In this document: positions 39,666-49,495 of the stretch, one piece after another
Position numbering within the stretch: position 1 is the first letter of the stretch
Layout: each line of letters opens with the position of its first letter
NCBI GenBank assembly: GCA_963798845.1
Contig: CAWCUS010000001.1
Coordinates: 128,001 to 192,000, forward strand
Reading direction: 5' to 3'
Length of the DNA stretch: 64,000 bases
From: an uncultured Gemmatimonadales bacterium
Lineage (GTDB): Bacteria; Gemmatimonadota; Gemmatimonadetes; Longimicrobiales; RSA9
Notes under the pieces: model-generated
What the model saw: only the letters and a program-made list of their open reading frames with translations
What the model was told of the DNA's origin: nothing
Database searches by the model: none
Translations under genes and position numbers: made by a program

Positions 39666-40487
39666 ATGCGGGTGACGATCCTTGGAAGCGGAAGCCGCGG
39701 CAACGCGGTCCTGGTGGAAGCGGGGAGCACCCGTCTGCTCGTGGATGCCGGCTTCAGCGGAAGGGACCTCGAGCGACGGCTCTCGGCGGTTGAGGTCGCC
39801 CCTGAATCCATCACCGGCATCATCATCACTCACGACCACGGCGACCATACCCGCGGCATGGGCGTCTTCGCCCGCCGCTTCGGCACGCCTCTCCACCTCA
39901 CGCCCCGCACGCGCGCCGCCACCGCCCGGCTGCTCCGCGGCGATGAGACCGTCGTGGAGTACGAAGCCGCTCGTCCCTTCCGCCTCGGCGCGCTGCGGGT
40001 GGAGCCGTTCCTGACCGTTCATGACGCCGCCGACCCGGTCGCGGTCACGGTCACGGACACGGCCACCGGCTCGAAGCTCGGGATAGCGACCGACCTGGGT
40101 CGGCCCACCACTGCGGTGCGCGCGTCCCTGGCGGGGAGCCACATCCTCGTCCTGGAAGCGAACCACGACGACGCCCGCCTCTGGGCCGGCCCCTATCCCT
40201 GGTCCGTGAAGCAGCGCATCGCGTCCAGCCACGGCCACCTTTCCAATCGCGCCTCCGCCGAGCTGGTCACGGAGCTCTTTCACGACCGGCTCGCCGGCGT
40301 CTTCCTCGCCCACCTCAGTGACTCGTGCAACGAGCCGGCGCTCGCGGAAACGGCCGTCGGCGCGGCCCTCGAGCGACTCCGCTTCCCTGGCACCCTGCGC
40401 GTCGCAGACCAGGACGAGCCCGGGGAGGCCGTGGACGTGGAAGCGCTGCGTCGTCGCCTGGCGCCGCCGCAGCTCGCCTTCTTCTGA
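39666..40487 (+). CDS. MBL-fold metallo-hydrolase (YycJ/WalJ-like)
   Basis: LGSGSRGN, VDAG, THDHGDH, HDA, TDLG, LEANHD, GHLSN, LAHLS. Confidence 0.9.
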   Translation: MRVTILGSGSRGNAVLVEAGSTRLLVDAGFSGRDLERRLSAVEVAPESITGIIITHDHGDHTRGMGVFARRFGTPLHLTPRTRAATARLLRGDETVVEYEAARPFRLGALRVEPFLTVHDAADPVAVTVTDTATGSKLGIATDLGRPTTAVRASLAGSHILVLEANHDDARLWAGPYPWSVKQRIASSHGHLSNRASAELVTELFHDRLAGVFLAHLSDSCNEPALAETAVGAALERLRFPGTLRVADQDEPGEAVDVEALRRRLAPPQLAFF

Positions 40488-40591
40488 CCCCCTGCCACCC
40501 CCACCGCAGCCACCCCCTGCGGGCCATCCACTGAAACCTCGCCGCGCCCCAGCCGTACGGTGGAACGACTCTCACGGCACACGGGGGATGC

Positions 40592-40951
40592 ATGGTACAT
40601 CGCTTCAAGAACAACAGGGTCGTGCTCCGCGACCTGGCCATTTTCCAGCTCAAGCTCCTGATCGACGGCTTCGCCGACCTCATCATCGCCCACGCCGCGG
40701 TGCTGGCCGTCCTCATCGACGTGGTCTTCCCGGCCGAGCGGAAGGGGAAGCGCTTCTATGCCGTCATGGCCCGAGCCGAGCGGTTCGACCACTGGCTGAG
40801 CCTGTACGGAGCGGCGGATGCCGCCGACCTCGAGGAGGACGGTCTCTTCGGCGCGAGCCGCGCCGGGGCGGACACGCTCCTGGGCAAGCTGGAGGCGCTG
40901 GTCACGGGCCGCTGGGAAGTGGGCGAAGAAACCCCCGAAAACGCAGCCTGA
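40592..40951 (+). CDS. Hypothetical protein
   Basis: Fills the intergenic gap, GC3-biased codons, GGGGA SD; LRDLAIFQLKLLIDG helix. Confidence 0.7.
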   Translation: MVHRFKNNRVVLRDLAIFQLKLLIDGFADLIIAHAAVLAVLIDVVFPAERKGKRFYAVMARAERFDHWLSLYGAADAADLEEDGLFGASRAGADTLLGKLEALVTGRWEVGEETPENAA

Positions 40952-40957
40952 TCCGCG

Positions 40958-42298
40958 CTACACGCCGAAGAGGCGGAGCACGTCGTTGGCCAGGGCCCAC
41001 ACCATGATGGCGACGACGATCACCAGCCCGACCTGGCTCAGCCGCGCCCGCTGATCGACGCTGAGCGCCCGGCCGCGCACCCCCTCAACGGCCAGGAAAA
41101 GCAGCTGACCGCCATCCAGGATCGGTATGGGGAGCAGGTTCAGGACGGCCAGGTTGATGGAGAAGAGTGCCATGAACTGCAGGAACGCGTCGAAGCCAAC
41201 CTGCACCACCTGCTCGCTGATCTTGTAGATCAGGATCGGCCCGCCCACGTCCCGCGGCGAGGCTTTGCCCGTGAACAGGCCGCCGAGGTAGTGGAGGATC
41301 ATGGACGTGATCCGGCCGGTCTCGTCCAGACCCCAGCCCGCCGCCTTGATCGGGCCGAGCCGCTCCCGCAGGTCCACGCCCGCCTGACCTATGCCGATCC
41401 GGCCCACCTCGCGGCCGGCGGCCACTTCCGTCGCCTTGGGCGTCACTCGCAGCTCGACACGCCGGCCGTCCCGCTCCACGACCAGAGGGATGCCTTCACC
41501 CGGCCGGTGCTCGATGGCGGCCACCAGCTCCTGCCACCCGGTCACCGGTCGGCCGCCGGCCTCCACCACCACGTCGCCGGTGTCGACCCCCGCCGCCGCC
41601 GCGGGTGACCCCTCCGTCACCATCCCCACCACGGCTGGCATCGAGACGCGCGGCTCCAGCGCCTGGACCAGGTTCGAGCGGGCGGTGTCCCCCTGCGGGA
41701 CGGGAACCGTGATGGCCGGCTGGCCCGCGAAAGCAATGCGCGCCGAGTCCTTCGCCATCGTCAGCAGCCGCTGAACGTCCGACCACGTCTCTACGGTGTC
41801 CCCGTTCACGCTGGTGATGCGCCACCCCGGCTGTACGGCGAAGAGCGCCGAGTCCACCGGCGGGACGATTTCCTCGGCCACATCGCCCACGACCGTGTCC
41901 GGCCTCGCGGCGACGCCCCACACCATCGCGATGACGAAGAACAGGAACCAGGCGAACAGGATGTTCATGATCACGCCGGCGGAGATCACCAGCGCTCGGG
42001 CAGGAAGCGACTTGGACTCGAAGTCCCGACCGGCGGCGCGGGCGGCCGTGGCGTCGTGTTCGCCGCCCTCCATCTCCTGCATGTCGTCCATCCCCGCCAT
42101 CCGCACGTAGCCGCCGAGTGGAAGCCACGCCACGACGTACTCCGTCTCGCCCCGCGTGAAGCCGAACATCTTCGGTCCCAGCCCTATGGAGAAGCGCGGG
42201 ACCTCGATGTCCACCCACTTGGCCGTGGCGAAGTGCCCCAGCTCGTGGACGAAGATCAGCACGCCCAGAATGACAATGGTGGCCAGGATCGTGATCAC
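40958..42298 (-). CDS. rseP: RIP metalloprotease RseP
   Basis: HELGH, PLGGYV, two PDZ domains, NLLPIPILDGG; GTGA overlap with dxr. Confidence 0.95.
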   Translation of the reverse strand: MITILATIVILGVLIFVHELGHFATAKWVDIEVPRFSIGLGPKMFGFTRGETEYVVAWLPLGGYVRMAGMDDMQEMEGGEHDATAARAAGRDFESKSLPARALVISAGVIMNILFAWFLFFVIAMVWGVAARPDTVVGDVAEEIVPPVDSALFAVQPGWRITSVNGDTVETWSDVQRLLTMAKDSARIAFAGQPAITVPVPQGDTARSNLVQALEPRVSMPAVVGMVTEGSPAAAAGVDTGDVVVEAGGRPVTGWQELVAAIEHRPGEGIPLVVERDGRRVELRVTPKATEVAAGREVGRIGIGQAGVDLRERLGPIKAAGWGLDETGRITSMILHYLGGLFTGKASPRDVGGPILIYKISEQVVQVGFDAFLQFMALFSINLAVLNLLPIPILDGGQLLFLAVEGVRGRALSVDQRARLSQVGLVIVVAIMVWALANDVLRLFGV

Positions 42299-43425
42299 TG
42301 CATCTCCTCGATGAGCACCCGGGCACGGGCCCGCGCTTCCGCGTCCGCCGCACGCACGGCGGCCAGCGAATCGATCGCGCCGCCGCTGCACCCAGTGAGC
42401 GTGCGCTCGATGACCTCCGGGATGTCCAGAAACCGCAAGGCTCCGTCCAGAAACCCCGCTACCGCCGTTTCGTTCGCGGCGTTGAATACGGTCGGTGCCG
42501 TGCCACCTGCGCGTCCGGCCGCGACCCCCAGGGCGAATGCCGGGAACCGCTCCGTGTCCACCCGCTCGAACGTGAGCGGCCCCGCGCGGATCGGATCGAA
42601 AGGCCGCGCTCCGTCCTCCAGCCGCTGCGGGTGCGTGAGCGCGTAAAGGATCGGCAGCTCCATGGTGGGGAATCCCATCTGTGCGAGCACCGAGCCGTCC
42701 CGGAACTCCACCATGCTGTGGATGATGGACTGCGGGTGGATCACGGCCTCCACGCGGTCGTATGGCAGGTCGAACAGGTAATGGGCTTCGATGACCTCCA
42801 GCGCCTTGTTCGCGAGCGTGGCGGAGTCCACCGTGATCTTCGCGCCCATGTCCCACGTGGGGTGGCGCAGGGCGTCTTCGGGCTGCACTGTCGCCAGCGC
42901 TTCCCGAGGCCAGCCGCGGAACGCGCCGCCGGACGCGGTGAGGATCAGGCGGCGAACGCCGGCGCTGTCGCCGCCCGGGAGGCACTGCAGCACCGCGCTG
43001 TGCTCGCTGTCGACGGGGACGAGCTCTCCGCCGCCCCGCCGCATGGCGTCCAGGACCAGCGGGCCACCCGCCACGAGCGACTCCTTGTTCGCCAGCGCGA
43101 GCCGTTTCCCGCACTCGAGCGCCGCCAACGTCGCCTCCAGCCCGGCGGCGCCCACCACGGCGTTCACCACCACCTGAGCGTCGGGGTGGCTGGCGGCCTC
43201 GACCAGGCCGCTCGTGCCCCGGCGCCAGCCCGGCTCGCCATCCGCCCCCTCACTCGCCAGGGCCACCAGGGCGGGGGCGTAGCGCTGCGCCTGTCGGCTC
43301 AGCTCCTCCACATTGCGACCTGCGGCGAGGGCCACGACCCGGAACCGATCGCGGTGCCGGTCGAGGACCGCCAGCGTGCTGCGGCCGATGGAGCCCGTCG
43401 AGCCGAGGACCGCGACTCCTACCAT
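42295..43425 (-). CDS. dxr: 1-deoxy-D-xylulose-5-phosphate reductoisomerase
   Basis: LGSTGSIG, LANKESLV, PVDSEH, TASGG, HPTWDMG, NAANE. Confidence 0.97.
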   Translation of the reverse strand: MVGVAVLGSTGSIGRSTLAVLDRHRDRFRVVALAAGRNVEELSRQAQRYAPALVALASEGADGEPGWRRGTSGLVEAASHPDAQVVVNAVVGAAGLEATLAALECGKRLALANKESLVAGGPLVLDAMRRGGGELVPVDSEHSAVLQCLPGGDSAGVRRLILTASGGAFRGWPREALATVQPEDALRHPTWDMGAKITVDSATLANKALEVIEAHYLFDLPYDRVEAVIHPQSIIHSMVEFRDGSVLAQMGFPTMELPILYALTHPQRLEDGARPFDPIRAGPLTFERVDTERFPAFALGVAAGRAGGTAPTVFNAANETAVAGFLDGALRFLDIPEVIERTLTGCSGGAIDSLAAVRAADAEARARARVLIEEMQ

Positions 43426-44321
43426 CCGTGGGCACCGGGCAGCAGCGCGGCCAGCCACCAGTACGCCGCCGGTATCGTGAACATGAGCGAGTCCATTCGG
43501 TCCAGGATCCCGCCGTGACCGGGGAAGAACCCTCCGGAGTCCTTCACGCCGGCCTCACGCTTCCACACCGATTCAGCGAGATCCCCCGCCTGGGAGACGG
43601 CGCCGATCAGGATTCCGCCCACGGCTCCGGCGAGCGGGCTCAGCGGGATCCCGAGCCACCAGCGGAACGCCAGCACGGTGACGACCCAACCCGCGATCAG
43701 TCCGCCGCTCAGACCTGCCACCGCGCCCACCACCGTCTTCCCCGGACTCACGCTCGGGATCAGGCGACGCTTGCCCCAGCGCTTCCCGGCGAAGAACGCC
43801 GCGGAGTCCGTGATCCACGTGATGGCCAGTGGATAGGCGACGAGCGCCACGCCGGCCCAGCGCGCCCACCCACCCCATGTCCCCACGGCGGGCGGCGGGT
43901 TCAGGGGGAGATGACGGAGGAAGATCGCGTACGCCATGGCGCCGGCCGGGAGCAGTGCGCCGAACACCGTGGTGGCCACGGCCACGAACGGTCTCCCGTC
44001 CGCCCCCCGCTCCCAGATCGCCGCCAGCGAGAGCAGGAGCAGGAACCCCAGCATTCCCGTCCAGAGGAAGGGAGCCGCAGCGCTCACCGATGGAAGGGCG
44101 GTCGCCGCGACCACCACCGCGACGCCCCCGGCCGCGCCGAGACCGCGCAGCGGTGAGACGCCGCGCGCTTCGGCCATACGGTACGCTTCCAGGGTGGCAC
44201 CCGCGCAGAAGAACGCGAGCGCGGGGCCCATGGCCCAGCGCCCAATGTAAACGACCGCCACGACCACGGGGATCCCCACCGCGGCCACGGCCACGCGCTG
44301 CGACAACTCGCTGCGTGGCAT
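43419..44321 (-). CDS. cdsA: Phosphatidate cytidylyltransferase
   Basis: SPGKT, GDLAESVWKR..VKDSG..PGHGGILDRMD. Confidence 0.95.
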   Translation of the reverse strand: MPRSELSQRVAVAAVGIPVVVAVVYIGRWAMGPALAFFCAGATLEAYRMAEARGVSPLRGLGAAGGVAVVVAATALPSVSAAAPFLWTGMLGFLLLLSLAAIWERGADGRPFVAVATTVFGALLPAGAMAYAIFLRHLPLNPPPAVGTWGGWARWAGVALVAYPLAITWITDSAAFFAGKRWGKRRLIPSVSPGKTVVGAVAGLSGGLIAGWVVTVLAFRWWLGIPLSPLAGAVGGILIGAVSQAGDLAESVWKREAGVKDSGGFFPGHGGILDRMDSLMFTIPAAYWWLAALLPGAHGW

Positions 44322-44325
44322 CCGC

Positions 44326-45069
44326 TCACTCTGCGCCGACGCGGCCGAACCGCCGTTCCCGGCGCTGATACTCTGCGATAGCCAGGTAGAGGTCGTGCCG
44401 CGTGAAGTCCGGCCACAGGGTCGGGGTGATGTAGAGCTCCGAGTACGCGACCTGCCAGAGCATGAAGTTGCTGATCCGCTGCTCGCCCGATGTTCGCATC
44501 AGCAGGTCCGGGTCGGAAATCCCCGCAGTGCACAGGCGCCCCGACAGCGTGCACTCGTCGATCTCCTCCGGCCGCAGCCGTCCCGCCGCGGCGTCCTCGG
44601 CCAGCGAACGCGCCGCCCTCACGATGTCGGCACGGCCGCCGTAGCTGATCATGAGGTTCAGCAGCAGCTCGGAGCCGCCGCGTGTTGCGTGCTGGATCTC
44701 GTCCACGGCGCGACGTGGACCGGACGCCAGGCGGTCGAGGTCGCCATGGACACGCACCTCCACGCCCTGCTGCCGCAGCTCCTCGCGTTCCTTCTTCACG
44801 TACCGCTGGAGGAGCGCCATGAGGGCGTTCACCTCCACCCTCGGCCGCTCCCAGTTCTCCTGCGAGAACGCGAACAGGGTGAGGACGCCCACGCCCGCCT
44901 CGATGGCCCCTTCGATCGCTTCTCGCACCGCCGTCATCCCGGCGGCATGGCCGCGATGGCGCGGGAGGCCGCGAGCGCGAGCCCAGCGGCCGTTCCCATC
45001 CATGATGATGGCCACGTGGTCGGGAATGCGGCCGTCGATCCGGAGCCGTTGGAGGAGCTCGGAAGACAT
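44326..45069 (-). CDS. uppS: Undecaprenyl diphosphate synthase
   Basis: HVAIIMDGNGRWA, FSQENW, SYGGR, RTSGEQRISNF. Confidence 0.97.
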   Translation of the reverse strand: MSSELLQRLRIDGRIPDHVAIIMDGNGRWARARGLPRHRGHAAGMTAVREAIEGAIEAGVGVLTLFAFSQENWERPRVEVNALMALLQRYVKKEREELRQQGVEVRVHGDLDRLASGPRRAVDEIQHATRGGSELLLNLMISYGGRADIVRAARSLAEDAAAGRLRPEEIDECTLSGRLCTAGISDPDLLMRTSGEQRISNFMLWQVAYSELYITPTLWPDFTRHDLYLAIAEYQRRERRFGRVGAE

Positions 45070-45109
45070 CAACGGTTCGGTGCTGTTGCGGTGAGGGGAG
45101 GCAAGGAGG

Positions 45110-45661
45110 TCAGACCTCCATCACCTCCTCCTCCTTCGACTTCATGAGATCGTCGATGCGGGCGATGTACTCGTCGGTCATCGACTGCACCTCGTCCATC
45201 TGGCGGCGCGTCTCGTCCTCGCCGATCTCGCGGTCGTGCTCCCGCTGCTTCAACTCCTTGTTCGCCTCCTGCCGCGCGTGGCGTACGCTCACTCGCCCCT
45301 CCTCCGCCATCTTGTGCAGCAGCCGCACCATGTCCCTGCGGCGCTCCTCGCTCAGCGGCGGGACCGGGACGCGGATGACGTTCCCGTCGTTCGACGGGTT
45401 CAGCCCCAGGTCCGCGGACTGGATCGCCCGCTCCACGTTGACCATCACCGACTTGTCCCACGGCTGGATCACGATCAGCCGGGGCTCCGGCGTGTTCACC
45501 GTCGCAACCTGGTTGAGCGGCACCTTGGAGCCGTACGCTTCCACGCGGACGGTATCCAGCAGCGCCGGGGTCGCCTTGCCCGTCCGTACGGTAGCGAACT
45601 CCCGCCGCATGGCATCCACGGCGGCTTCCATCTGCTCACGCGTCTTCTTGATCGTCGGCAT
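45110..45661 (-). CDS. frr: Ribosome recycling factor
   Basis: RTGKA, YG, LGLNP, PPLSEERR. Confidence 0.97.
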   Translation of the reverse strand: MPTIKKTREQMEAAVDAMRREFATVRTGKATPALLDTVRVEAYGSKVPLNQVATVNTPEPRLIVIQPWDKSVMVNVERAIQSADLGLNPSNDGNVIRVPVPPLSEERRRDMVRLLHKMAEEGRVSVRHARQEANKELKQREHDREIGEDETRRQMDEVQSMTDEYIARIDDLMKSKEEEVMEV

Positions 45662-45718
45662 TCCCACCTCGGGGTTCGCACCTGCGTCGGTCGCCCCGTG
45701 AACTTAGGGGCCGTGGCC

Positions 45719-46438
45719 TCACGACACTAGCGTTCCGATCTCCTGTCCGCGGATCGCCCGCACCACGGAGTCCGGCTCGCCAATGTTCAGCACGATGATG
45801 GGGACGTCGTTCTCCTTGCACAGGGACACGGCCGCGGCGTCCATCACCTGCAGCTCCTGCGTCATGACGTCCATGAAGCTCAGCCGGGGATAGAACTCCG
45901 CGTCCGGCTCGCGCTCGGGGTCCGCACTGTAGACGCCCTTCACCCGCGTGGCCTTGATCAGGACCTCCGCCTCCATCTCGATCGCCCGCAGCACCGCGGC
46001 GGTGTCCGTGGAGAAGTACGGGTTGCCGGTGCCGCCCGCGAACAGCACCACGCGCCCCTTCTCCAGGTGCCGGAGCGCGCGGCGGCGGATGTACGGCTCC
46101 GCGAGCTGCTCCATCCGGATGGCCGTAACCACGCGCGTCTCGATCCCCTTCCGCTCCAGCACGTCCTGGAGCGCGAGGGCGTTGATGACGGTGGCCAGCA
46201 TGCCCATGTAGTCCGCGTTCACGCGGTCCATCCCCTCGGCGCTCGCGGTGGTCCCCCGCACGATGTTGCCACCGCCGATGACGACGCCCAGGGCCACGCC
46301 CATCTGCCGGACGGCGGCCACGTGGTCCGTCAGGCGCGCGACGGCGTGCGGGGAGATTCCGAACCCCTGGTCGCCGGCCAGCGATTCGCCACTCAGCTTC
46401 AGCAGGACCCGCCCGTACTTCACGTCCGGATCCGGCAT
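45719..46438 (-). CDS. pyrH: UMP kinase
   Basis: LLKLSGE, GGGN, DYMGMLAT, GNPYFSTD. Confidence 0.97.
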   Translation of the reverse strand: MPDPDVKYGRVLLKLSGESLAGDQGFGISPHAVARLTDHVAAVRQMGVALGVVIGGGNIVRGTTASAEGMDRVNADYMGMLATVINALALQDVLERKGIETRVVTAIRMEQLAEPYIRRRALRHLEKGRVVLFAGGTGNPYFSTDTAAVLRAIEMEAEVLIKATRVKGVYSADPEREPDAEFYPRLSFMDVMTQELQVMDAAAVSLCKENDVPIIVLNIGEPDSVVRAIRGQEIGTLVS

Positions 46439-46466
46439 CACGGGCACTCCGTCGGCCCCGGCCACG

Positions 46467-47300
46467 CTATTCGCCCAGCTCGTAGCGGACGAAGCGCCGG
46501 ACTTCCGCCGGGGCGACGAGCGCCCCGATCGTCGTGTCCGGATCCTTTACGAACGGCTGCTCGACCAGGGCGCTCTCCTTGTAGAACTTCTTGAGCTTGC
46601 CCTCGACGATCTTCTCCTGGATGTTCTCCGGCTTACCCTCCTGCCGGACCTGCTCCCGGTAGACCGCCCGCTCCCGATCCACCACTTCCGGCGAGATCGC
46701 TTCCGAGCGCACGGCCAGCGGGCGAGATGCCGCCACGTGCATGGCCACGTCCCGCGCCAGCTCGTGGCTCGCCTCCCCGCTCAGCTCCACGAGCACGCCG
46801 ATCTTCCCCGTCATGTGGACGTACGTGCCGATCTGGCCATCGCCGCTGTCGAAGCGGGCGAAACGGCGGACGACGATCTTCTCGCCCGTCTTCGCGGACA
46901 CGTCCGTCACCACCGCCGCCACCGTCCGATCCCCCCCCTGGAAAGACTGATCGAGCAGGGCTTCGCCCTCCGACGAGCCGTTCGTGCCGGTGGCGTGCTC
47001 CGCCACGTGCTGCGCCAGCGCCTGCGCCAGCGCCTGGAACGCGTCGGTACGCGCGACGAAGTCCGTCTCGCAGTTCAACTCCACCAGCGCGCCCACGCTG
47101 CCGGCTACGTGGCTCGCCACCACGCCCTCCGACGCCTCCTTGCCCGCACGCTTCGCCGCCTTCGCGGCACCCTTCGAGCGCAGCAGGTCGATCGCCGCCT
47201 CCATGTCCCCGTTCGTTTCCTCCAGCGCCTTCTTGCAGTCCATCATTCCCGCGCCGGTCCGGTCCCGGAGCTCTTTCACCTGTGCCGCACTGATCGCCAT
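46467..47300 (-). CDS. tsf: Elongation factor Ts
   Basis: VKELRDRTGAGMMDCKKAL, NCETDFVA. Confidence 0.98.
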   Translation of the reverse strand: MAISAAQVKELRDRTGAGMMDCKKALEETNGDMEAAIDLLRSKGAAKAAKRAGKEASEGVVASHVAGSVGALVELNCETDFVARTDAFQALAQALAQHVAEHATGTNGSSEGEALLDQSFQGGDRTVAAVVTDVSAKTGEKIVVRRFARFDSGDGQIGTYVHMTGKIGVLVELSGEASHELARDVAMHVAASRPLAVRSEAISPEVVDRERAVYREQVRQEGKPENIQEKIVEGKLKKFYKESALVEQPFVKDPDTTIGALVAPAEVRRFVRYELGE

Positions 47301-47331
47301 GATCACTTCCCTCGTTGATCTATCCTGTCGT

Positions 47332-47377
47332 GAAAAAGCGCCGCAGTGCCGCTGTACGCGGCGCTGAAGCGCTTTTC
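47332..47377 (-). terminator. rpsB-tsf intergenic hairpin (weak terminator or processing site)
   Basis: GAAAAGCGC..CAGCGCCGC-GUACA-GCGGCACUG..GCGCUUUUUC long imperfect stem ending in U5. Confidence 0.6.
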
Positions 47378-47405
47378 GAACCCGAGCCGGAGCTCACGCC
47401 GTGCG

Positions 47406-48308
47406 CTACGCCTCCTCGCCGGCCTCGGCCCCGCTGCTGGCTTCGCCCGCCTCGGATTCGCCGCCCGTTCGCGCCTGGGCAATCGCCTCCGGACGGGGGC
47501 GACGCCGCTTCGGACGACGCTTCGGCCGCTTCGGCCCATCCTTCCGTTCTTCGACTTCCTGCACGCCCTGCTCGGTCGAGTACGTGACCCCACCCTCGTC
47601 CTCGCGCACCGCATCCTCGGGCATTTCCTTCTTCGCGGCCTCGATCGCGTCCGCGATCGCCTTCGTGATCAGCGAAACGCTGCGGATCGCGTCATCGTTG
47701 CCGGGGATCGGGAAATCGATCACGTCCGGGTCGGCATTCGTGTCCGCGATCGCCACCACGGGGATACCCAGCTTGTTCGCTTCCTTCAGCGCGATGGACT
47801 CCTTCTTGGCGTCCACGACGAAGATCGCGCCCGGCAGCCGGCCCATGTCCTTCACTCCGACCAGGTACTTGTTCAGCTTCTGCCGCTCGCGCTCCAGCAG
47901 GAGCTGCTCCTTCTTCGTATAGAACTCGTACGATCCCTCTTCGATCCCTCGCTCGAGTTCCTTGAGGCGCCGGATCTGCTGCTTGATCGTCTGGAAGTTC
48001 GTCAGCATCCCGCCCAGCCAGCGCTCGGTCACGTAGAACGCGCCGCAACGCTCCGCTTCCTGCTCCACGATCCCACGCAGCTGCCGCTTCGTGCACACGA
48101 ACAGCAACCGGTTGCCGCGCATCACCACGTCGCGCACTTCCGACTGCGCCTCCTGAAGGAGCAGGTGCGTCTTGCGCAGGTCGATGATGTGGATGCCGTT
48201 TCGGGCCGCGAAGATGTACTTCCGCATCTTCGGGTTCCATCGGCTGCTCTGGTGACCGAAATGGACCCCTGCTTCCAGCAGGTCCCTGATCTCCGGCGCT
48301 ACTGCCAT
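47406..48308 (-). CDS. rpsB: 30S ribosomal protein S2
   Basis: [35 protein letters not shown]. Confidence 0.98.
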   Translation of the reverse strand: MAVAPEIRDLLEAGVHFGHQSSRWNPKMRKYIFAARNGIHIIDLRKTHLLLQEAQSEVRDVVMRGNRLLFVCTKRQLRGIVEQEAERCGAFYVTERWLGGMLTNFQTIKQQIRRLKELERGIEEGSYEFYTKKEQLLLERERQKLNKYLVGVKDMGRLPGAIFVVDAKKESIALKEANKLGIPVVAIADTNADPDVIDFPIPGNDDAIRSVSLITKAIADAIEAAKKEMPEDAVREDEGGVTYSTEQGVQEVEERKDGPKRPKRRPKRRRPRPEAIAQARTGGESEAGEASSGAEAGEEA

Positions 48309-48326
48309 GCGTTCTCTCTCTGCTCT

Positions 48327-48410
48327 CTGGGGTTTTTCTCTCGTCCGCGACCTTCCTCCGCGTGCCGCCCCTCACGGGGACCCCGGCTCCACGTCCAGCC
48401 GCGTGCGTAT
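48327..48410 (-). ncRNA. S2 (rpsB) autoregulatory leader-like RNA
   Basis: Outer CGCGGCUG/CGGC(A)CGCG stem, internal GGGGU, GGAGG 3' of the stem and downstream AAAACCCC able to pair with GGGGU, as in the known S2 leader. Confidence 0.65.
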
Positions 48411-48472
48411 TTTGTCCTGCCGTTCAGCGCCCGCCGGGCCACCCGCCAGCGCGGGAGCCGGCGCAGGCCCGC

Positions 48473-48871
48473 CTACCGCTTGGAGAACTGGAAGCGCTTG
48501 CGCGCCTTCGGACGACCGGGCTTCTTCCGCTCCACCTCACGCGGATCCCGAGTCAGCATCCCGCGCGTGCGCAGCACGCCACGGTAGTCCGCGTCCACCT
48601 TCAGCAGCGCCCTGGCGACGCCGAGGCGAACCGCCCCCGCCTGCCCCGTCGTGCCGCCACCCCGCACCACCACCTTCACGTCGTACGTGCCGGCGTTGTC
48701 GGTGGCACCCAGCGGCTCGCTCGCGTGCTGCTGGTGCGAGTTCCGCGGGAAGTACTCCTCCAGGGACCGTCCGTTCACAGACCACTCGCCGCGACCGGGT
48801 CGCAGATACACCCGCGCCACGCTGGTCTTGCGGCGGCCGACTCCGTGATACTGCTGCACTGTGGTCGCCAT
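48473..48871 (-). CDS. rpsI: 30S ribosomal protein S9
   Basis: GRRKTSVARV, GGG..GQAGA, ERKKPG..FQFSKR. Confidence 0.98.
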   Translation of the reverse strand: MATTVQQYHGVGRRKTSVARVYLRPGRGEWSVNGRSLEEYFPRNSHQQHASEPLGATDNAGTYDVKVVVRGGGTTGQAGAVRLGVARALLKVDADYRGVLRTRGMLTRDPREVERKKPGRPKARKRFQFSKR

Positions 48872-49299
48872 CAGATCTCCAGATTCTCCGGCTGCTGCGC
48901 CTCGTGCGGGTGCTCCGCGCCGGCATACACCTTCAGCTTCTTCCGCATGAGCCGCCCCAGATTGTTCTTCGGCAGCATCCCCTTCACCGCCAGCTCGATC
49001 ACCCGCTCCGGGTGCTCATCGCGCATGCGCGTGAACGGGATGTGCTTCTCGCCACCCATGTAGCCACTGTGGCGGAAGTACGTCTTCTGCTCTTCCTTCC
49101 GGCCCGTAAGCCGCACCTTCTCGGCGTTGACCACGACCACGTAGTCACCCGTGTCCAGGTGGGGCGTGTACATCGGCTTGTGCTTCCCGCGAAGCACTTC
49201 CGCCACCCGGGTGGCAAGGCGCCCGAGGACCCGGTCCTCGGCGTCCACGACCCACCACTTGTGCTCGATGTCGGTGGCTTTCGGTGTGTACGTCTTCAT
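48871..49299 (-). CDS. rplM: 50S ribosomal protein L13
   Basis: [30 protein letters not shown]. Confidence 0.98.
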   Translation of the reverse strand: MKTYTPKATDIEHKWWVVDAEDRVLGRLATRVAEVLRGKHKPMYTPHLDTGDYVVVVNAEKVRLTGRKEEQKTYFRHSGYMGGEKHIPFTRMRDEHPERVIELAVKGMLPKNNLGRLMRKKLKVYAGAEHPHEAQQPENLEI

Positions 49300-49355
49300 G
49301 CGCTCGATCTTCTCGTCGGTACGGACCCCTGCGGCCCAAGGCGAAACAGCTTTGG

Positions 49356-49384
49356 AGGATAGGGGAATGGGGTGGCGGTGTCAA
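49356..49384 (-). promoter_or_regulatory. Sigma-70-type promoter of the rplM operon
   Basis: TTGACA-N17-TATCCT. Confidence 0.75.
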
Positions 49385-49495
49385 GACATTGCGGCGGCCG
49401 AAGCACCGGGATCACGAGCGGCAGCCTCCGTCGGGGCGCGCCCCGTCCAAACCCGGGCTTCGACCCTCACCCCGACGCGGCTGAACGGCCGACCT

